Shown: positions 19,618-30,246, numbered from the stretch's first letter. The stretch is DNA of 64,000 bases from an uncultured Candidatus Rokubacteria bacterium (GCA_963762145.1 CAVXJS010000021.1:1056001-1120000), one strand, 5' to 3'. A program made the numbers and translations. Notes: generated by a model not told the origin, from the letters alone.

Positions 19618-21396
19618 TCAAGGCCGCCTTCTGGCCGCGGCGCGCAGCTCCAGCCCGGCGAGCATCTCTTTGAGACGAGGGATGGCGCTCTCCGCCGCCG
19701 CCTCACCCAGGTCGGCCAGCTCGGGGGCCTTGCTGAAGTCGACGAAGCTGAAGGCCGACGCGTCGGGCCGAATGGTCAGGTCCATCGAGTCGGCTCTCAG
19801 GGCACCAAGGCCACGCCCCTGCGTCTCCACGACGCGGATGAGCGTGTCCACGGAGCCCACCGATCGCATCTGCGCCGTGGGAGTGTCCGGCCGGTTGCCG
19901 GCGAGCTCGTCTCGGAGCCGGCTCGAGACGTCGATCCCCACCACGAGCTGGGCACCCGCCTCCGTCAGGACGTCGCCGGGCAAGTTGTTGAGCACGGCGC
20001 CGTCGACGAGCGCCATGCCATCGTGGACGATGGGCCTCGAAATGACCGGCAGGTTGATGCTCTCGAGGATCGCCCGCACGGCATCGCCAGCTCGATGCAC
20101 CACCTCCCTGCCACTGATCAAGTCCACGGTGACCGCGTGGAAGGGGATGGGCAGCCGCTCGAGAGGCCAGTCCCGCAGGTACTGCCGCAAGAGCGCGTCC
20201 CAGCCCCCGGTGCGAAACTGCCAGACGAGATACCAGTTGCGCCCCCTGGGCAACTGACGAAAGAGCCACGGCGGAGTGAGGTCGTGCTTGTAGGCGGCGA
20301 TCAGGACGTCCGGGGAGTAGCCCGCCGCATACGTGATGCCGACCATGGCCCCACAGCTCGTGCCGGACATGAGGTCGAAGCTTATGCCGGCCCGCTCGAA
20401 GGCGCGAAAGACGCCCAGATGGGCCAGGCCCCGGGCGCCTCCTCCACCGAGGGAGAGCCCTAGCTGAATACCACGCAGCCGCCGCAGGAGACGCTCCAGG
20501 CCCAGCCGTCCCAGCCGCGACAGACGCTCCGGGGCTTCACCGAGCTCCAGGAGGAGGTGCGGGCGCTCGTTCAAGTTCCACGCCCGGTCCCACGGCGGGG
20601 CAACTTGGGCTCCCTCGGGGAGCATCCACACCACGTGCGAGCGCGCCGCGGCCTGAGGCACTTCGCCGACGAGCAATGAGAGGGTCTGCCGCAGCAGTCG
20701 CTCCGTCTCGGCATCGACCAGCCACAGGAGCTGATCGCAGCTTGCGGCGCGGCCCATCCAGCCCCCTGACGGGTGATCGAGATCGAGCTCCAGGAAAGCG
20801 CGGTCATGGCTGGAGAGGAGGTGCTCCCACCGCTCGCCCTGGCCGCCCTCGCCCAGGTCCACCCGAGCGACGCGCTCCCCCCGGGTGGCGAGCTCCCGCC
20901 CCAGCAGGTCGAGCAGGCTTCTCCCGCGGGGTCCCTTCCAGATGACCCCGACCGTAATGGCTCGAAGCTGAGGGGGCTTCACGCCCGCGATCTGCATGGT
21001 GCGCCGGGCAAGACGCCGGATCAAGTGCAGCGCCAGGCTGGGGATGGACTGGAGCAGCTCCAGGAACGGCTCGCGCGGAATCGACAGCAGCCGGACCGGC
21101 TCGACGGCCACCATGTCCCCCAGGGCGGCCCCCGACTCGAGGAGCGCCACGGCGCCGAGGACCTCGTCGTCGGGGACGGACTCGAGCTCGAGGGTGGCAG
21201 CCTTGCCGGGAACGGTCAACCGCACCCGACCGCTGACCAGCATGTAGACCGCTTCAATGGGCTGCCCGCTGCGGTAGATGTTGGCCCCTGCGGGCAAGGA
21301 GATGGGGGTCGCGTGCAGGGCCAGCTGGGCGAGCTCCTCCTCTTTGAGGCCCTCGCACAGGGGGTGACTGCGCAGCGTTTCAGTCGTTGGGTCCAC
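19618..21396 (-). CDS. cNMP-binding plus patatin-like phospholipase (NTE-like)
   Basis: N-terminal CAP domain, GGGGARG, GTSCG and DGA. Confidence 0.9.
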   Translation of the reverse strand: MDPTTETLRSHPLCEGLKEEELAQLALHATPISLPAGANIYRSGQPIEAVYMLVSGRVRLTVPGKAATLELESVPDDEVLGAVALLESGAALGDMVAVEPVRLLSIPREPFLELLQSIPSLALHLIRRLARRTMQIAGVKPPQLRAITVGVIWKGPRGRSLLDLLGRELATRGERVARVDLGEGGQGERWEHLLSSHDRAFLELDLDHPSGGWMGRAASCDQLLWLVDAETERLLRQTLSLLVGEVPQAAARSHVVWMLPEGAQVAPPWDRAWNLNERPHLLLELGEAPERLSRLGRLGLERLLRRLRGIQLGLSLGGGGARGLAHLGVFRAFERAGISFDLMSGTSCGAMVGITYAAGYSPDVLIAAYKHDLTPPWLFRQLPRGRNWYLVWQFRTGGWDALLRQYLRDWPLERLPIPFHAVTVDLISGREVVHRAGDAVRAILESINLPVISRPIVHDGMALVDGAVLNNLPGDVLTEAGAQLVVGIDVSSRLRDELAGNRPDTPTAQMRSVGSVDTLIRVVETQGRGLGALRADSMDLTIRPDASAFSFVDFSKAPELADLGEAAAESAIPRLKEMLAGLELRAAARRRP

Positions 21397-21417
21397 GCAG
21401 GGCTCCTCTTCCTGCCT

Positions 21418-22446
21418 TCAGGCACCGGCTCTGGATGCGGCGGGGCGTTGAACGAGAGCGGCCCGGATGCGCCGCGAGAAATCGGGGTCGGCCGCGGTCA
21501 CGGCCTCGTCGCCCAGCAAGCTTTGGGCCCTCAGCTCCTCGAACGACAGGTGGCCCGCGAACCCCCCTTGTCGATAGAGGTAGCGGGCGGAGAAGCCGCT
21601 CAGGAGCACCTCGAGCGCGGCGCAGCCCCGCGGCGGCTTCTCCACCAGGGCGAAGAGGTTCGTGGTGCAGTTCGACGTGAGCGCGTTGTACCACTCGGGT
21701 CGCACGGCGACGGACTCCGCGCGGCGAAGGCAGGCGAGGAGAAACCTTCTCATTCGCTCCGGCGGCACATGTACCCGGTACAGGTAGACAGCTTCCTTGC
21801 GGATGGCGGTGCGCAGGCGCACCAGATCGCGTTCGTCCCCGATCACATAGATCAGCTCGAACCGGCGAAAGAAGCTCAGGAGCGCCGAGTACCTCTCGCC
21901 CACCTCCTTTCGTGCCTCGACCGAGAGGCACAGGTACCTGTCGTCGCCGAAGCCGAAGCTCACCATGCTGTGGGCGATGGCCGGTCCGGACCAGTGGCAC
22001 ATGAAGTAGTCCACGGACTCCAGGCGCGCCAGGTCGAAGGCCCGCTCCTCGTACCGCGGCAGCGGCTCGCCGTCGGGGAGATAGTCGAAGTTGCGAAAAT
22101 TGTGGACCTGGACGCGGTCTCCCTCGATCGTGATGCGCGGCGCCAGCGCCACCTCGGCGGCCCATTGCCGGTCGGCTTGCGGCCGTAGCGAGAGCCACCA
22201 CGCCAGCACCAGGCCGAACATCGCCGCCCACGCTGGCACCGCCAGGTGGAGCGAAGGGAAGCTGATGATCCCCACGGAGACGAGCGCGACGCTCACCGCC
22301 AGTGGCCCTCGCCACCGGCGCCAGGGAGAATCAAAAAAGACGGCCAACGTCACCCACGCCATCGTGGGCACGGCGACGAGCCAGAAGACCGACCAGCCGA
22401 GCTTGACCAGAACGGGAACCCTTCCTGCCCTCGATGAGCCAGTCAC
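21418..22446 (-). CDS. DUF4105 (Lnb N-terminal domain-like) membrane protein
   Basis: TM helices, HNFRNFDY, IAHSMVSFGF and YNALTSNCTTN. Confidence 0.85.
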   Translation of the reverse strand: MTGSSRAGRVPVLVKLGWSVFWLVAVPTMAWVTLAVFFDSPWRRWRGPLAVSVALVSVGIISFPSLHLAVPAWAAMFGLVLAWWLSLRPQADRQWAAEVALAPRITIEGDRVQVHNFRNFDYLPDGEPLPRYEERAFDLARLESVDYFMCHWSGPAIAHSMVSFGFGDDRYLCLSVEARKEVGERYSALLSFFRRFELIYVIGDERDLVRLRTAIRKEAVYLYRVHVPPERMRRFLLACLRRAESVAVRPEWYNALTSNCTTNLFALVEKPPRGCAALEVLLSGFSARYLYRQGGFAGHLSFEELRAQSLLGDEAVTAADPDFSRRIRAALVQRPAASRAGA

Positions 22447-22568
22447 AAGGGCGACAGCGTGGAGTGTCCTCAGGGTGCCGGGTAGTTGTCAAGGAAGAGT
22501 CGCGTGGGAGCATGCACGTGCGAATCTGCAGGCGGCGAGGCTTCAGGCCCGGGCTGCTCGTCCCATCG

Positions 22569-23412
22569 TCATCGCGATACCCTTTGCCAGGGGTATTCGA
22601 GCTGCATGGCGACCACGTTGGCGGTGCCCGCTCCGTAATGGCTCGCGATGGCCTCGAGGGCTTCGTCCAATGCCTTTGCCGGTTGCAGACCGCCGATCGC
22701 CGGCAGCCGCCGCTCCGCGGGCCAAGTTGTGGCGACCCGATCGGTGGCCTCGATCAAGGTGAGCGACGGCATGGACGCGGTGATCCCGGTCGTCGTCGCA
22801 ACGCCCTGGTCGACCACGATGCGCCGGTCCTCGACATAGCGGACCGCGGGATGCTCCTTGCGCAGCTCCTTGATGAAGTACCAATGCGTCGTCGCCCGCT
22901 TGCCATCGAGCAGCCCGGCTTCGCCGACCACCTTTGCTCCCGCACAGACGCCGATGACGATCGCTCCCTTGGACGCCTGGCTCTTCAGCCATTCCAGTAC
23001 CGCCGGGTCGTCGTCGCGGCTCATGGCGGGGACGATCACATAGTCTGCGCCGTCCGGATGCCGCGCATCGAACTCCGCCACCGTCGCCTGGGGCTCGACC
23101 TGGAGGCGCCGGATAAAGCGTCACCGGGCCCGGCTTGGTTGCCAGCGCCAGCACATCGGCGACGTCGGCGCGCCGCAGGACGCCAAACGGCATCAGATAG
23201 TCGGTGGCCTCGGTGGCGTCATTGATGCCGATGATCGCGATCAACGGACGCTCGCGTTTCGGCGGCTTCAAGGCCGCGATCGTGGCATCGGCCTCATCCG
23301 GCGCGATCGGTGCCACGGCCATGGCCGCCGGCGTCGGAGACAGCGAGAGAATCCAGGCCCCGCCGATCACCACCAGAACCGCGACGATACCCAGCCCACC
23401 CCCACCATACAA
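22569..23412 (-). pseudogene. DJ-1/PfpI family protein, frameshifted near 23110 and apparently internally deleted
   Basis: TEATDYLMPFGVL, then in another frame GVCAGA, ATTHW, TTTGITAS and MQLEYP. Confidence 0.7.
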
Positions 23413-23431
23413 GCCGTCGATTCATGCCGAG

Positions 23432-24244
23432 TCAGTGCCTCAAAAAGGCGATCGGCGAGATCTTGTAGTTCAGAGCCGCGGTAGTGCCGCACGTGACGTC
23501 CACCGTCACGCCGGTGATCTTGGAGGCCATACCGGACGCCAGGAACACCGCGACATTGGCAATGTCGGCCATGGAGGGCAAGTCCTTCAGCATCGTGTCG
23601 TCCTTCATTTTCTGAATGAAGGCCGTCACCCGTTCTCCCCCTTGCTCGATCGCCTCCCTGAACACGCGTGAGTCCGGGGATCCCCCCGATCTGATGTTGA
23701 CGACTCGCACGCCGAAGGGCCCGAGCTCAGACGCCAAGTCCCGCGAGAAGCCTTCGATGGCGCAGCAGGCGGGACCAAATCCGCCGACATTCGGATACCC
23801 GATTCCACCGGGGGTTGCCGTCAACGACAGGATGACGCCCGATCGCTGCTCCCTCATGATCCGCCCCGCGGCCGTCGACGTGATGAACTGGGTTTCCATC
23901 GCGATTCGGACCGGCCGGACGAAATCGTCCAGCGTCATCTCGGTCAGGGGGACATCCTGCCGGTCCTTGAGGCCGATCGCGTTGAATGACACGTCCAGCG
24001 TGCCCGCTTTGCGCACGAGAGCGTTCACGGACTCGTTCACCGCCTTCGCATCGAGTGCGTCGACCTCGGCCGCCTCCGCTTTGCCACCGGCGGCGATGAT
24101 CTCCGTGGCCAGCGCTTGCACCGGCTCCAGCCTCCGTCCCGTGACGAACACCGTCGCGCCTTCCTGTGCCAGCGCCTTGGCGACCGCTCCTCCCAATGAC
24201 CCGCCAGCTCCATAGATGATCGCGTTCCTATTGAGAAGCAGCAT
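23432..24244 (-). CDS. SDR family oxidoreductase with atypical active site
   Basis: YGAGGSLG and SFNAIG; the YxxxK position reads FGPAC. Confidence 0.88.
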   Translation of the reverse strand: MLLLNRNAIIYGAGGSLGGAVAKALAQEGATVFVTGRRLEPVQALATEIIAAGGKAEAAEVDALDAKAVNESVNALVRKAGTLDVSFNAIGLKDRQDVPLTEMTLDDFVRPVRIAMETQFITSTAAGRIMREQRSGVILSLTATPGGIGYPNVGGFGPACCAIEGFSRDLASELGPFGVRVVNIRSGGSPDSRVFREAIEQGGERVTAFIQKMKDDTMLKDLPSMADIANVAVFLASGMASKITGVTVDVTCGTTAALNYKISPIAFLRH

Positions 24245-24254
24245 GGCACACCCC

Positions 24255-24776
24255 TTACGTCCCACCAGCTGACGAGACGGCGATGGCAAGGGCGACGAAG
24301 CTGAGGGCGGCAAGCCCCGCCCGTGCCGCGTGCGAATACTCCCAGCGGTCACGCAGGTCCGTCCAGTCCACTGGAGGTCTCTCGCTCTGGCGATCACCCC
24401 TGCTCCCCGAGGCAAATGAAAAGAACCTGGCGCCAGCGCGACGCATTCTCTCGCCTTGAAGCCAGAATTTGTTCACCGGGTGCGTAACGAGCCAGTACAC
24501 GGCATGCATACCGATGAGCCCGCCCAGGGCCGAGAGTGTCAACCAGAAGTCCACGCTTCCTCCCGGCGTCAGGACCAAGAGGATGATCGTAGAGACGATG
24601 GCCAACGGCTCAGCAATGCCTGCGATGGTGAATCCTGGATAGTAGATGGGCTGAATGGCGAAGTAGGCATCCTTCGTGAGTCGCAGCTTGCCCGGCAGCT
24701 CGAGCCCGTGGGCCAAAGCCGGAACCATCGCCAAGACGACCAGGATCAAGGTAAGGACCTGTAGGACGTCAAACAT
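24255..24776 (-). CDS. DUF1772 / anthrone oxygenase family membrane protein
   Basis: AHGLELPGK, THPVNKFW and RDRWEYSH. Confidence 0.8.
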   Translation of the reverse strand: MFDVLQVLTLILVVLAMVPALAHGLELPGKLRLTKDAYFAIQPIYYPGFTIAGIAEPLAIVSTIILLVLTPGGSVDFWLTLSALGGLIGMHAVYWLVTHPVNKFWLQGERMRRAGARFFSFASGSRGDRQSERPPVDWTDLRDRWEYSHAARAGLAALSFVALAIAVSSAGGT

Positions 24777-24807
24777 TGACGCGGCCTCCTCTACAGGACA
24801 GCCAGAA

Positions 24808-25248
24808 TCAGCCCTTCTTGCTCTTGAGCTCGTCGGCTTGGGCCCGCACGCGTGCCTCTTGCTCCCTGAGCTCGGGCGTGAATTCCGCACCGAAGTCCTC
24901 CGCCTCGAAGATCGGACGAATCTCGACCTCCGGCTCCGTGCCCGGCATGGGGTTCGGGCAACGCTTGACCCATTCGATTGCCTGGTCCATCGACTTCACC
25001 TGCCATAGCCAGAAGCCGGCGATCAACTCCTTCGTCTCGGCGAAGGGGCCGTCGATCACGGTCCGCTTCCCACCCGAGAACCTGACGCGTTTACCCTTTG
25101 AGCTCGGGTGAAGCCCCTCGCCCGCGAGCATGATGCCGGCCTTCACCAAGTCCTCATTGAACTTCCCCATTTCGGTCAAGAGCTTCTCGTCCGGGAGCAC
25201 GCCCGCCTCTGAATCCTTGCTCGCTTTGATGATGATCATGCATCGCAT
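24808..25248 (-). CDS. YciI/DGPF family protein
   Basis: GEGLHPSS and IDGPFAETKELIAGFW. Confidence 0.92.
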   Translation of the reverse strand: MRCMIIIKASKDSEAGVLPDEKLLTEMGKFNEDLVKAGIMLAGEGLHPSSKGKRVRFSGGKRTVIDGPFAETKELIAGFWLWQVKSMDQAIEWVKRCPNPMPGTEPEVEIRPIFEAEDFGAEFTPELREQEARVRAQADELKSKKG

Positions 25249-25295
25249 CCTGTTATCTCCTTGTGGCTTCTGCTGGAGTCGGGTTCCACTATCTG

Positions 25296-25322
25296 GTCGA
25301 GCGGCGGCCTGCGAGATCGACA
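25296..25322 (-). promoter_or_regulatory. ECF42-type promoter upstream of the DGPF gene
   Basis: The minus strand reads TGTCGA-N17-CGAC, matching the motif described for ECF42 sigma factors that control DGPF genes. Confidence 0.65.
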
Positions 25323-25514
25323 GGCTCGATACGTTCCACAACTCAGCCCTTGCGATCATGGTACGGCCCCCGTCAACGAGCGGGCCAAGGCGGCGGATGG
25401 CTAAAGCTTTCCCGAGGTTGACAGCCGCGTTCTGCCGGCCTAGCGTCGCTGAATCTGGATGTCGCCGTGCGCCGACTCACGGTGCGGGGCGCGACGCGGG
25501 GAAGGAGAGGACAC

Positions 25515-27053
25515 GTGGAACGGAAGGAACCGGAGGTCGAGACGAGACGAGGTCGGGTGCGGGGTACGGTCGAAGGAGACGTCCGGTCGTTCCGCGGCAT
25601 CCCGTTCGCGAAGCCTCCCGTTGGACCACGGCGCTTCGGGGCGCCAGAGCCGCCGGAGCCGTGGCGCGATGTGCGTGATGCGACGCGCTTCGGGCCCGCC
25701 TCTCACCAGGCCAGCCGCCCGTTGGCCCCGATCCTCGGCATCCTGGTCGAAGAGGAGAGCGAGGACTGCCTCAGCCTCAACGTGTGGGCCCCCGCCTCGG
25801 GCGATGGCCGCCGACGGCCGGTCATGGTGTGGATCCACGGGGGCGCCTGGGTCATCGGCTCGGGATCGGAACGGACGTACGATGCCGCTCGCCTCGTGGG
25901 GCGCGGCGACGTGGTGGTGGTCACCATCAACTATCGCTTGGGACCCTTCGGGTTCCTTCGGACGCGGGAGCTCGGAGGCGGGCTCGACACCACCGGCAAC
26001 GAGGCCATGCTGGATCAACTGGCGGCCCTCGAATGGGTCCACGACGAAATCGCGGCCTTTGGCGGCGACCCCGACAACGTGACGGTGTTCGGGGAGTCAG
26101 CCGGCTCGGTGAACATCGCGTGCCTGCTCACGATGCCGCGGGCTCGGGGCCTGTTCCACCGCGCCGTCCTCCAGAGCGGCTCGCTCAACCTGACGCGTCC
26201 GCCGTCGACGGCCCTCGACGTCACTCGGCAGATCCTGGCCGAGGTGGGTCTCTCACCGGCGGACGCTCGCCGCCTTCGCGATGTGCCGGCCAAGGATCTC
26301 ATGGCCGCGGCCAACGCCGTGGCCGGCCGCTCCGTGATCCCGCCGTTCTCGCCGGTGGCCGACGGCGAGCTGATTCCCGCCCGACCGTTCGCGGCCATCG
26401 CCGAGGGGTCGGCCCGGGGCGTGCCCTTGATCGTGGGAACTAATCTCGAGGAGATGAAGCTCTACCGCTTCCTCGACCCCGCGCTGGAGCGGCTGGACGA
26501 GGCGGCGCTGGTCCAGCGCTGCGCGACGCTCTTCCCCGGCGCCGATCCCGACGGACGGCTCCACGCAGAACGCGCGGTCGACACCTACCGCTCGGCCCGC
26601 AGAGTGCGTGGCGAGGAAACCGCACCCGTCGAGACCTGGCTCGCCATCTCCACCGATCACATCTTCCGGGCCGGCGCCCTCAAGCTGGCCGAGCTGCACG
26701 CCCGCCACACGCCTGACGTCTTCGTCTACCAGTTCGAGTGGAAAGGGAGGGAGCCCGGCCGGCCCCAAGGCGCTGTCCACGCCCTCGAGCTGCCGTTCGT
26801 GTTCGGAACGCTGGCGACGTCGGAGATAGGCGCGATCGCCGGCCGCACTCCCGCGGCCGATACACTCGCCGGGCAGATGCAGGACGCCTGGCTCGCCTTC
26901 GCCCGAAGCGGGCAGCCACGCGCCGCCGGGCTTCCCGAATGGCCGGCCTATGCCCGGCCACGCCGCGCCACCATGATCTTCTCGGATCGGCCCCAAGTCG
27001 TGGACGCGCCCCAGGAGCCAGAGCGCGCCATGTGGGACACGGTCCTGGGATGA
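25515..27053 (+). CDS. Type B carboxylesterase (para-nitrobenzyl esterase-like)
   Basis: FRGIPFA, EDCLSLNVW, HGG, GESAG and HALEL; GTG start after GGAGAGG. Confidence 0.93.
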   Translation: MERKEPEVETRRGRVRGTVEGDVRSFRGIPFAKPPVGPRRFGAPEPPEPWRDVRDATRFGPASHQASRPLAPILGILVEEESEDCLSLNVWAPASGDGRRRPVMVWIHGGAWVIGSGSERTYDAARLVGRGDVVVVTINYRLGPFGFLRTRELGGGLDTTGNEAMLDQLAALEWVHDEIAAFGGDPDNVTVFGESAGSVNIACLLTMPRARGLFHRAVLQSGSLNLTRPPSTALDVTRQILAEVGLSPADARRLRDVPAKDLMAAANAVAGRSVIPPFSPVADGELIPARPFAAIAEGSARGVPLIVGTNLEEMKLYRFLDPALERLDEAALVQRCATLFPGADPDGRLHAERAVDTYRSARRVRGEETAPVETWLAISTDHIFRAGALKLAELHARHTPDVFVYQFEWKGREPGRPQGAVHALELPFVFGTLATSEIGAIAGRTPAADTLAGQMQDAWLAFARSGQPRAAGLPEWPAYARPRRATMIFSDRPQVVDAPQEPERAMWDTVLG

Positions 27054-27119
27054 GGCATCCCTGACGAGCGGACCTAGAACCGAGGACCAGCTCACTGCCA
27101 ACGAAGAGGAGACTCATAC

Positions 27120-28466
27120 ATGGAGCGACAGTTCGACCTGGTGGTCGTCGGGACGGGGGTGACCTCGGCGGTGGCGTCGCGGTGTCGAGAAGCCGGCTGG
27201 AGTGTCGGGGTGGTGGATTCGCGCCCCTTCGGCGGCACCTGCGCGCTCCGCGGGTGCATACCCAAGAAGACCCTCGTCGGCGCGGCGGATGCGGTGCACG
27301 CGGCCCGCGACATGGCCGACCGGGGCGTGCCCGCGGCCGCCCTGGCAATCGACTGGGCCTCGCTGATGCGGTTCAAGCGCTCGCTGATCGACCCGACGAC
27401 GGAACGCACGGAGCAGGCGTGGGCGAAGATCGGGGTCGAGCAATTCCACGGCCGCGCCCGTTTCGTGGGCCCCACCACGCTGGCCGTCGGCGACGAACGG
27501 CTCACCGGGCGGCGGGTCCTCATCGCCGCGGGCGCCATGCCGATACCGCTCTCGTTCCCGGGCTCGGATCGCCTCACCACCAGCGAACAGTTCCTCGAGC
27601 TCGAGCGCCTGCCGCCGCGGATCGTCTTCGTGGGCGGCGGCTATGTGTCGTTCGAGTTCGCCCACATTGCCGCGCGGGCCGGCGTACGCGTGACGATCCT
27701 CCACCGGGGCGCCCGGCCGCTCGAGGCCTTCGATCCCGACCTGGTGGCCATGCTAGTGAAGCGTACGCGCGATCTCGGGATCGGGGTGGAGCTGGACACC
27801 GAGGTCCGCGGCATCGAGGCGGGCGCCACTCACCTCGTGGTGCGCGGCGCGAGACGCGGTGAAGAGGTCCGCTTCGAGACCGACATGGCCGTCCACAGCG
27901 CGGGCCGAGTGCCCGAGCTCGACGATCTGCACCTCGAGATCGCAGGGGTGAAGCGCGAGAAACGGGGCATCGTGGTGAACCAGTTCCTGCAGAGTGTGTC
28001 GAACCCCGCGATCTATGCGGGGGGCGACGCCGCGGCGAGTGGGCCGCCGTTGACGCCCAAGGCCGACCACGACGCGGGCGTGCTGACCACGAACCTGCTG
28101 GAGGGCAACCGGCTCGCCACGAACTACGACGGCATCGCCTCGGCGGTGTTCACCCTGCCGCCGCTCGCCTCCTCGGGGCTCACGGAGGAGGCCGCCCGCG
28201 GGGCGGGGCTCACGTTCCGCACGAGCTGGCAGGATACGTCCGGGTGGTTCAACACACGCCGCGTCGGGGAGACGACCTCCGGCTCAAAGGTACTCATCGA
28301 GCAGGGAACCGACCGCATCGTCGGGGCCCATCTGCTGGGACCCCACGCCGACGAGGTGATCAATCTCTTCGCCATGGCTATTCGCCTGCGCATTCCGGCG
28401 GGCGAGCTGAAGCAGGCGCTCTACGCATACCCCACATACGGCTCGGACATCCGGTTCATGATCTGA
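27120..28466 (+). CDS. Pyridine nucleotide-disulfide oxidoreductase (glutathione reductase-like)
   Basis: GGTCALRGCIPKK, GGGY and C-terminal YPT. Confidence 0.9.
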   Translation: MERQFDLVVVGTGVTSAVASRCREAGWSVGVVDSRPFGGTCALRGCIPKKTLVGAADAVHAARDMADRGVPAAALAIDWASLMRFKRSLIDPTTERTEQAWAKIGVEQFHGRARFVGPTTLAVGDERLTGRRVLIAAGAMPIPLSFPGSDRLTTSEQFLELERLPPRIVFVGGGYVSFEFAHIAARAGVRVTILHRGARPLEAFDPDLVAMLVKRTRDLGIGVELDTEVRGIEAGATHLVVRGARRGEEVRFETDMAVHSAGRVPELDDLHLEIAGVKREKRGIVVNQFLQSVSNPAIYAGGDAAASGPPLTPKADHDAGVLTTNLLEGNRLATNYDGIASAVFTLPPLASSGLTEEAARGAGLTFRTSWQDTSGWFNTRRVGETTSGSKVLIEQGTDRIVGAHLLGPHADEVINLFAMAIRLRIPAGELKQALYAYPTYGSDIRFMI

Positions 28467-28499
28467 GGGCACTCGATCACCTTGCCGGCCGCACGACCG

Positions 28500-29270
28500 T
28501 CAGGCCAACCGGGTGAGCTCGCCGAGAAGGATGAGCGCGGCGAACCCCGCCGCGGCGAGCACGCCGGAATAGCGGGGCCCATTGTGGAAGGCTTCCGGAA
28601 TCATGCTCTCCGCCGTCATGGCGATGAGCGCCCCGGCTCCGTATGCCTTGAGGATTGCCGTCGCGTGAGGACCAAGGTCACTCAGGAGGTAGAAAGCAAG
28701 AGCGGTGATCGCCGCAGTAACAAGCGTGGTACCGCTCCACAGGAGCAGCACGTAAGTATATGAGCGGGCCGCGAGACGCATCCCGGCCGTCCCGGAAAGG
28801 GCCTCCGGCACGTTCGCGAGCGACAGGGCGATGACCAGTGCCAGATCGGGTCCCCCGGCCCTCAGGGTGACGCCAAGGACGAGCGCCTCCGGAACAGCAT
28901 CGAGCCCGGTGCCGAGCGCGATGGAGGTGCCGCTGCCCGGCGCCTCGGCTTCCGACGGCTGCGGCTTGCATTCCCCGCAGCGCTTGCGGTCGTTGGCGGT
29001 GGCGAGAGCTGCGTTCGCGATGCTGAACGTAGCGGCACCGGCCACAATTCCGCCGACCGTGGATGCCGCGCCGGCCAGGATGAGCGCCTCGGATGCGACC
29101 TTGAACGAGGCAGCTGAAAGCAGCACGCCCGCCCCGAGCGACATGAAAGCGGCAATGGCCCGGTGCTGGAGGGGCGTTACGAGCCCCAGAACCACCCCGA
29201 CAAGCGCGCCGGACGCCGCAGTCAATCCCCAACAGAAGGCCCACCCTGCCCCAACAATACCTTCGGGCAT
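28500..29270 (-). CDS. ZIP-family metal transporter
   Basis: GAGVLLSA, LDAVPEA, ANVPEALS and MIPEAF. Confidence 0.88.
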   Translation of the reverse strand: MPEGIVGAGWAFCWGLTAASGALVGVVLGLVTPLQHRAIAAFMSLGAGVLLSAASFKVASEALILAGAASTVGGIVAGAATFSIANAALATANDRKRCGECKPQPSEAEAPGSGTSIALGTGLDAVPEALVLGVTLRAGGPDLALVIALSLANVPEALSGTAGMRLAARSYTYVLLLWSGTTLVTAAITALAFYLLSDLGPHATAILKAYGAGALIAMTAESMIPEAFHNGPRYSGVLAAAGFAALILLGELTRLA

Positions 29271-29361
29271 TGTATTCTCCTCTCGGGAACGCCCGGGACT
29301 ACGAGCGACCCATTCTTGACCCTCCCTGGAATGCCCGACATAGAAAGCGGGAGGCAGGACA

Positions 29362-29782
29362 ATGAGCAACTCAACAGTGGGCGACGCAGCAATCGCGGTC
29401 GTTCGCCGGAACACCGAGGAAGTACAAGGCAAGGGCAACTGGGACCTGTTCGAGAAATTGTTCGCCGATGATTTTGTCGATCACACGCCACAGCCGGGCA
29501 CGACCCCGGACAAGAACGGGGTGCGGGTCCTGTACAAGCGCTTGCGGGCCGCGTTCCCAGACTTTCCGTCCCGAGATCCACTGGCAGGTGGCCGCCGGCA
29601 ACCTCGTGACCACCTACAAGACCTATCACGGCACTCACCAGAGCGAGTTCCTCGGTATCCCGGCCACCGGGAAGAAGGTCAGTTTCTACACCGTCGACGC
29701 CATGCGGGTCGTCGACGGTAGGATCACCGAGCACTGGGGCGTCGCGACGTTGCTCGACCTGATGCAGCAGCTCAAGGCCTGA
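29362..29782 (+). pseudogene. SnoaL-like ester cyclase, copy 1, frameshifted near 29565 and 3'-truncated
   Basis: Near-identical to 51390-51833 up to ...LLDLMQQL, where it collides with the convergent gene. Confidence 0.8.
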
Positions 29783-30218
29783 CGCTCCGTCGGGCGAGGA
29801 CGAGGACGGACCGGAAGATGATCGCCGTGCCGATGCCGAACACCAGGTGAAAGGCGACCTCGATCGGCACCATCGCGGGACGAAAGCCGCCGCCGACGCC
29901 GAGACCCTTCAGCGGCAGTACGACGAGCCAGTACACGATCAGAGGCGCGAGGCCGAAGACGAGCCCACCCGCCCACCATCCGAAACGAGCCGTCAGTCGC
30001 GGCTCGAGCCCGGCGTAGACCAGTCCCCAGAGCCCGGCCCAGAAGGCCAACGAAAGGCTCTTCGGCACGCCGAGGGGCGGCACCGGCATGAGGCTCCAGG
30101 GCAGGGCCGGCACCAGATGCGCCGCGTAGAGAACACTGCCAAGCCCGCCCTGGAAGATCAGGTGCGAGAGGGCCCCGGCCAGGAAGCCGAGGAAGAGGCG
30201 CGTCGAGGTCGTGGACAT
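29772..30218 (-). CDS. Hypothetical 4-TM membrane protein
   Basis: GALSHLIFQ, PVPPLGVP, AFWAGLWG and HLVFGIG; RBS AAGGA. Confidence 0.75.
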   Translation of the reverse strand: MSTTSTRLFLGFLAGALSHLIFQGGLGSVLYAAHLVPALPWSLMPVPPLGVPKSLSLAFWAGLWGLVYAGLEPRLTARFGWWAGGLVFGLAPLIVYWLVVLPLKGLGVGGGFRPAMVPIEVAFHLVFGIGTAIIFRSVLVLARRSVRP

Positions 30219-30246
30219 GTGGGAGTCCTTTCGAGCCGGGCCGGCC

